Assembly: GCA_963803435.1 (NCBI GenBank)
Contig: CAWDML010000009.1
Span: 1,568,001-1,632,000, forward strand
Direction of reading: 5' to 3'
DNA length: 64,000 nucleotides
Source of the DNA: an uncultured delta proteobacterium
GTDB lineage: Bacteria > Myxococcota > Kuafuiibacteriia > Kuafuiibacteriales > Kuafuiibacteriaceae
Notes under the pieces: model-generated
What the model was told of the DNA's origin: nothing
What the model saw: only the letters and a program-made list of their open reading frames with translations
The model's database searches: none
In this document: one piece after another, positions 55,821-64,000 of the stretch
How the letters are laid out: every line of letters begins with the position of its first letter
Numbering within the stretch: position 1 is the stretch's first letter
Position numbers and translations under genes: made by a program

Positions 55821-56648
55821 TCAGGGCCGCCGGACCCGCCCGCCGGGCAGGATCGCGACCCGTCCCTCCACCTCGAGTCGGGTCAAGTGGGCCAAGACAC
55901 GAGCGATCGGCGCCTTCGCCCGGGCCGCCAGCCGATCGATCGTGATGGCGGCCTCCTCGGGGAGCGCCGCCAGGATCGGATCGGGATCCCCCACAGATCC
56001 GCGGGGCGGGAGCGACAGCCACGCCGCCAGCGCCGCCAGCGAGCCCACCACCGACGCACCCGCCGCCGCCGGCGACCGGCCACCAGCGCCCCGGGGATCG
56101 TCGAGCACCCAGGGGACGACGGCTCGCAGGCGTCCGAGCGCGCGGGCCGACCGGAGCGTGTGGCGCGTCCCGGAGCGCGGACCGGCCTCGACGACGATCA
56201 CCGCATCGGCGAGGGCGGCGATGATGCGGTTGCGCGTCATGAAGCTCTTCTTCCCCTGGGGCGGCTCGGCCAGCTCGGAGACCAGCGCCCCGCCGCGCGC
56301 GATCACCTCGGCGAACAGCGCCCGGTTCTGCTTCGGCACCGGTCGATCGACCGGAGACGGAAGCACCACGATCGTCGGGCCGCCGCCCTCGAGGGCGCCC
56401 CGATGCGCGGCGGCGTCGATCCCGATCGCACCGCCGCTCACGACGCCGGCGCCCTGCTCGGCCAGGCGCTTCGCCATCCGGGACGCCAGCACCCGGCCCT
56501 CCTCGGACGCCCGCCGCGAGCCCACGATCGCGACCCACCGCTCGGCGTGCGGCAGCGGAGCGCTGGCGTAGAGGATCAGGGGCGGATCGGCGAGGTCGTG
56601 GAGCCGCGACGGATAGCCGGGCGCGCCGGCGGCGATCGCGATCGACAC
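55821..56648 (-). CDS. dprA: DNA-processing protein DprA
   Basis: YPSRL..LADPP, VAIVGSR, VVSGGAIGID, RNRIIAAL, VVEAGPRSGT, C-terminal winged helix. Confidence 0.92.
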   Translation of the reverse strand: MSIAIAAGAPGYPSRLHDLADPPLILYASAPLPHAERWVAIVGSRRASEEGRVLASRMAKRLAEQGAGVVSGGAIGIDAAAHRGALEGGGPTIVVLPSPVDRPVPKQNRALFAEVIARGGALVSELAEPPQGKKSFMTRNRIIAALADAVIVVEAGPRSGTRHTLRSARALGRLRAVVPWVLDDPRGAGGRSPAAAGASVVGSLAALAAWLSLPPRGSVGDPDPILAALPEEAAITIDRLAARAKAPIARVLAHLTRLEVEGRVAILPGGRVRRP

Positions 56649-56707
56649 CGATCGCGGATCGGCTCCACGCCGCGAAAGATCAAGGGATCAGAGGATACGG
56701 AACGGTT

Positions 56708-57811
56708 TCAGTTCCTGCGCATCTCGATCTTGTCGCCGACGGCGAGCTCGCGGAGCGCGAAGGTCACGATGGCGGTCGACGCATTCTCCTGGGCGTCGAG
56801 CACCATCAGCTGACCGACCTCTTCGTTCGGGAGGTCTTCGGTCTCGCGTGTGTAGAGATCGCCGCGCGTGATCACCCGGAAGATGTTGCCCCGCTGCACA
56901 CCCTGGGAGCGGCCGCGATCGATGAACACCAGGTGGAACTCGCCGATCTGGCCGATCACGTCGCCGACGGTCTCGACGATGTAGCCCTGCGTCTCGGCGG
57001 TGTTCGCGACCGGGGCGACCCGTTGCCCGAAGCCCTCCGGCCACTTACCCACGTAGTCGCCGCGCTCGATGGGGCGGTACGACTGCGCGACCTGACCGGT
57101 CGCCACCACCGGGCTGGTGTCGATGATCTCGACGCCGCCCAGGATCTCGACCGCATACCCGATCGACTCGCCCGTGATCGGGTGGTCGATCTCGCGGGTG
57201 ATGCGATAGACCGCGAGGCGATCGCCCTTCTTCCCCGCGTTCTTCAGCTTCATGTAGACGCGGTCGTAGTCGGTCAGCATGACCGCCTCTTGCTCCGCGT
57301 TGATGATCTGGCCCGCCTTGTCCTGGTCCGCCGAGGAGATGAAGCCGACCAGCGTGGTCCAGACCGAGTCGGGCGCGATGCGACCGACCTGGATGTTGCC
57401 GGTGGTCTTCACGAGATCGTCCGCGTCGATGTCGCCGGGGACGGCCAGATCCTCGTCCGGAAGCTCGGTGCTCTTCGCGACCTGGACGTTGGTCGGCAGG
57501 TTCTCGTCGCTCGGATAGAAGCGGAGCTCGTTGCCCGGATAGATCCAGTGCGGGTTCGTGATCTGCGGGTTGTAGCTCCAGATCTTCGGCCAGTACCACG
57601 GGCTGTTGAGATACTTGGCGCACAGATCCCAGAGGGTGTCGCCGCTCTTCACCGTGTGGGTCTCGCCCACGGACGGCGGGGCGTCCGCTTCGGCCGTCTC
57701 GGCGTTCTCGCCGGCCGGCGTGCCGCCGAAGTCGTCGTCGTCTTCCTGCGCGAACGACGGCGTGCTGAACGCGATGGCGACCGCCACGACCGCGATGTTC
57801 TTCATGCGCAT
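56708..57811 (-). CDS. Exported LysM peptidoglycan-binding protein
   Basis: Signal peptide; HTVKSGDTLWDL...WPKIWSYNPQITNPHWIYPG. Confidence 0.9.
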   Translation of the reverse strand: MRMKNIAVVAVAIAFSTPSFAQEDDDDFGGTPAGENAETAEADAPPSVGETHTVKSGDTLWDLCAKYLNSPWYWPKIWSYNPQITNPHWIYPGNELRFYPSDENLPTNVQVAKSTELPDEDLAVPGDIDADDLVKTTGNIQVGRIAPDSVWTTLVGFISSADQDKAGQIINAEQEAVMLTDYDRVYMKLKNAGKKGDRLAVYRITREIDHPITGESIGYAVEILGGVEIIDTSPVVATGQVAQSYRPIERGDYVGKWPEGFGQRVAPVANTAETQGYIVETVGDVIGQIGEFHLVFIDRGRSQGVQRGNIFRVITRGDLYTRETEDLPNEEVGQLMVLDAQENASTAIVTFALRELAVGDKIEMRRN

Positions 57812-57816
57812 GAAAG

Positions 57817-58740
57817 TTACCTCCGTCCCGATCCGGCTTGTAGCAGGGTCTTGGCCTTTTGGGCGGCCTCGCTGTCGGGATATTGCGCGATCACCTGGCT
57901 GAGCAGCACTTCCGCGCGCTCGTCCTGATGCAGCGCCGACCGCGCCTCTGCCGAACGCACCAGGGCGTCCGGGACCTTCGGCGATCGCGGGTATGTGTCG
58001 ATCATCCGTTGAAAGCCCTTGAGCGCGTCCGCATAGCGCCGCTCCTTGAAGTCGCACTCGGCGAGCCAGTAGGTGGCGTTGTCCGCCAGCTCCGAGGTGG
58101 GGTAGCGCCGGTTGAAGCGGCGAAAGAGCTTCCGCGCGCTGCGCACGTCGCCATCGATGCGCAGCTTCGCGAGCGCGATCTCGTAGGCCGCCTTGACCTC
58201 GGACTTGGTGACCCGGTGCGGCGCCTCGGGCGGCGCGGAGCGACGGGCCGCCGGCGCGTCGAGGACGGGATCGGGCTTGGCCAGCACCGCGTGATCGACC
58301 GGGAGCGACTCTTCCTCGGGACCGAGCTTGATCATGATCGGCGGCGATCCGTCGTCGATGGCGCCCTGCTCGAAGCCGCCCTCCTCGTCCGAGGTACCCG
58401 AGAACTTCACCACGGGCAGCGTGCGCTGCGGGCCGGCCAGCTGCGTGATCTTGGGCTCCACCGGGGTCGTCGGCCGCGGCGCGACCTTGCGGGGCTTGTC
58501 GCTGGCGCCCACCACCGGCGTCTTCGGCGCAGGCGCCACCTCGCCGCTCTGCCCGAGCGCCAGGAGCGTGACGCGCCCTTCGAGACGCTCGAGCTTCAGG
58601 TCCGAGTCGCTCATCTTTTCATGGAGCGTCCGAACCTCGCGCCGCAGTCGGCTCAGCTCTTCCTCGAGGGCGACGGTGTTGGTCGCGCACCCGGCCAGGG
58701 CGATGAGGCCGAGGCCGGCGGCAGACAAAGCTCCGCGCAT
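57817..58740 (-). CDS. cpoB: Tol-Pal-associated TPR lipoprotein CpoB/YbgF-like
   Basis: Lipobox LAGC, coiled coil, YPTSELADNATYWLAE, YPRSPKVPDAL, YPDSEAA. Confidence 0.8.
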   Translation of the reverse strand: MRGALSAAGLGLIALAGCATNTVALEEELSRLRREVRTLHEKMSDSDLKLERLEGRVTLLALGQSGEVAPAPKTPVVGASDKPRKVAPRPTTPVEPKITQLAGPQRTLPVVKFSGTSDEEGGFEQGAIDDGSPPIMIKLGPEEESLPVDHAVLAKPDPVLDAPAARRSAPPEAPHRVTKSEVKAAYEIALAKLRIDGDVRSARKLFRRFNRRYPTSELADNATYWLAECDFKERRYADALKGFQRMIDTYPRSPKVPDALVRSAEARSALHQDERAEVLLSQVIAQYPDSEAAQKAKTLLQAGSGRR

Positions 58741-58748
58741 CGGGGCCG

Positions 58749-58776
58749 ATTCTAGAAGAGTCCCTGAACCAGTCAA
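58749..58776 (-). promoter_or_regulatory. Putative sigma70 promoter of the cpoB-lysM operon
   Basis: Minus strand TTGACT-N16-TAGAAT, 8 nt before ATG at 58740. Confidence 0.55.
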
Positions 58777-58801
58777 GAAAGCCACACCCTATAATGAGGG
58801 T

Positions 58802-59795
58802 TCAAAGAGCGAACAAAGGGCTGAAGTTTGCGTTCATTGGGGCCAAGGCCTCCGCCATGGCCGCGAGGTCGTGGAGGCGTTTGACCTGGTGGAACAGGGT
58901 CTCGAATCTCGGGGTGGACCTCCCCCATCGCCCGCACCCACCCCTTGATCCGGTTCAGCGCCACCCGATCCGGATCGTCGAAGCGCGGATCCCGCTGCAC
59001 CCGGGCGGCGAACTCGAGGAGCAGCGCCCGCGAGCGCGCGCTCGACCACGGGCGGTCGTCGAGCCCGGTCAACCACCGGAACAGGTTGGGCCGCCGGAAC
59101 GCGCCGCGTCCGATCATGAACGTGGTGCAACCGGTGACCTGGCGACAGCGGGCCAGGCTCTCCGGATCGAAGATGTCGCCGTTCGCGATCACAGGGACCG
59201 ACACCGCCTCGGCAGCCAAGCGGATCCGCTCCCAGTCCGCGGTGCCGTTGTACATCTGCACCTTGGTGCGGCCGTGGATCGTGATCCAGTCGGGACCGCC
59301 GGCCTCGGCCGCCTTCGCCACCGCCACCACGTCGTCGGGCGACTCCCAGCCCAGCCGGATCTTCGCGGACACCGTCACGCCGCGCGGCACCACCGCCCGG
59401 ACCGCCCCCACCACGTCGGTGAGGCGGCACGGCGATCGGAGGAGCGAAGCGCCACCGTCGCTCCCGTTCACGCGCTTGGCGGGGCACCCGAAGTTGAGAT
59501 CGATCCCGAGGGCGCCGAGGTCGACGGCGATCCGCGCGCTCTCGGCCACGTGCTCCGGCTCGCCGCCGAGCAGCTGAACCAGCACGGGTACGCCCGCGCG
59601 GGTGCGGCCGCCCCGCGTGAGCTCGGGACACTCGCGGAGGAGCACGCGCGCCGGCACTGGCCGGTGCACGACGCGGATGAACTCGGTGACGCAGAAGTCC
59701 ATCCCGCCGAGGGCGGACAAGAGATCGCGGACGATCGCGTCCGAGATCCCCTCCATGGGCGCGAGCGCCAGACGATAACGGTCGGTCCGGGTCAC
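58802..59795 (-). CDS. tRNA-dihydrouridine synthase (DusC-like); probable frameshift near 58908
   Basis: LAPMEG, VTEFIRV, QLLG, DLNFGCP, SAKIRLG, IHGRT, ANGDI, MIGRG; the shifted frame FETLFHQVKRL... ends at 58802. Confidence 0.88.
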
Positions 59796-59936
59796 GCACC
59801 CACCTCCGCACGTCGCTCGGATGGCCGACCTTTCAGGCCGCCACCGATCGACAGGCTCCCAGGAGGCGGATCATCCCGCGGAGGTAGGGGGCGGGCGGCG
59901 AAGCGGAGCACGTCGCGCATCATGAAGGGCCGGCGA

Positions 59937-64000
<4,064 letters not shown>

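Noticed and set aside
59849-59862. CGACAGGCTCCCAG, resembling an IS1182-type end
   Set aside because: Single short match with no partner end, no CTAG and no transposase remnant

Overview
High-GC bacterial chromosomal window with Myxococcota-like gene content (inferred from five Hanks-type Ser/Thr kinases, a multi-HAMP hybrid kinase, paired DUF4139-type proteins, a type III PKS and the cpoB-lysM-dprA-trmFO-xerC-hslVU-argD-J protein-dnaK block). Most of it is housekeeping or ordinary accessory DNA: addBA, udk, a GH38 mannosidase, tRNA-Arg(TCG), bamA, clpB and rarA. Many genes, including essential bamA, are broken by 1-bp frameshifts, which points to long-read consensus errors. The most unusual region is 21.9-26.6 kb. 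It holds two inverted, differently deleted copies of one IS1182-family element with ~65-bp terminal inverted repeats containing hexamer arrays, CTAG targets that overlap host stop codons, and a divergent four-helix-bundle passenger gene; one passenger copy carries an 11-bp micro-inversion. Other items of note: an HD-like/SAM-methyltransferase fusion beside the tRNA, a kinase with a beta-domain inserted in its catalytic domain, an inverted xerC with topA missing, and a recurring leaderless-promoter signature. All calls come from motif recognition by eye; no database searches were run.
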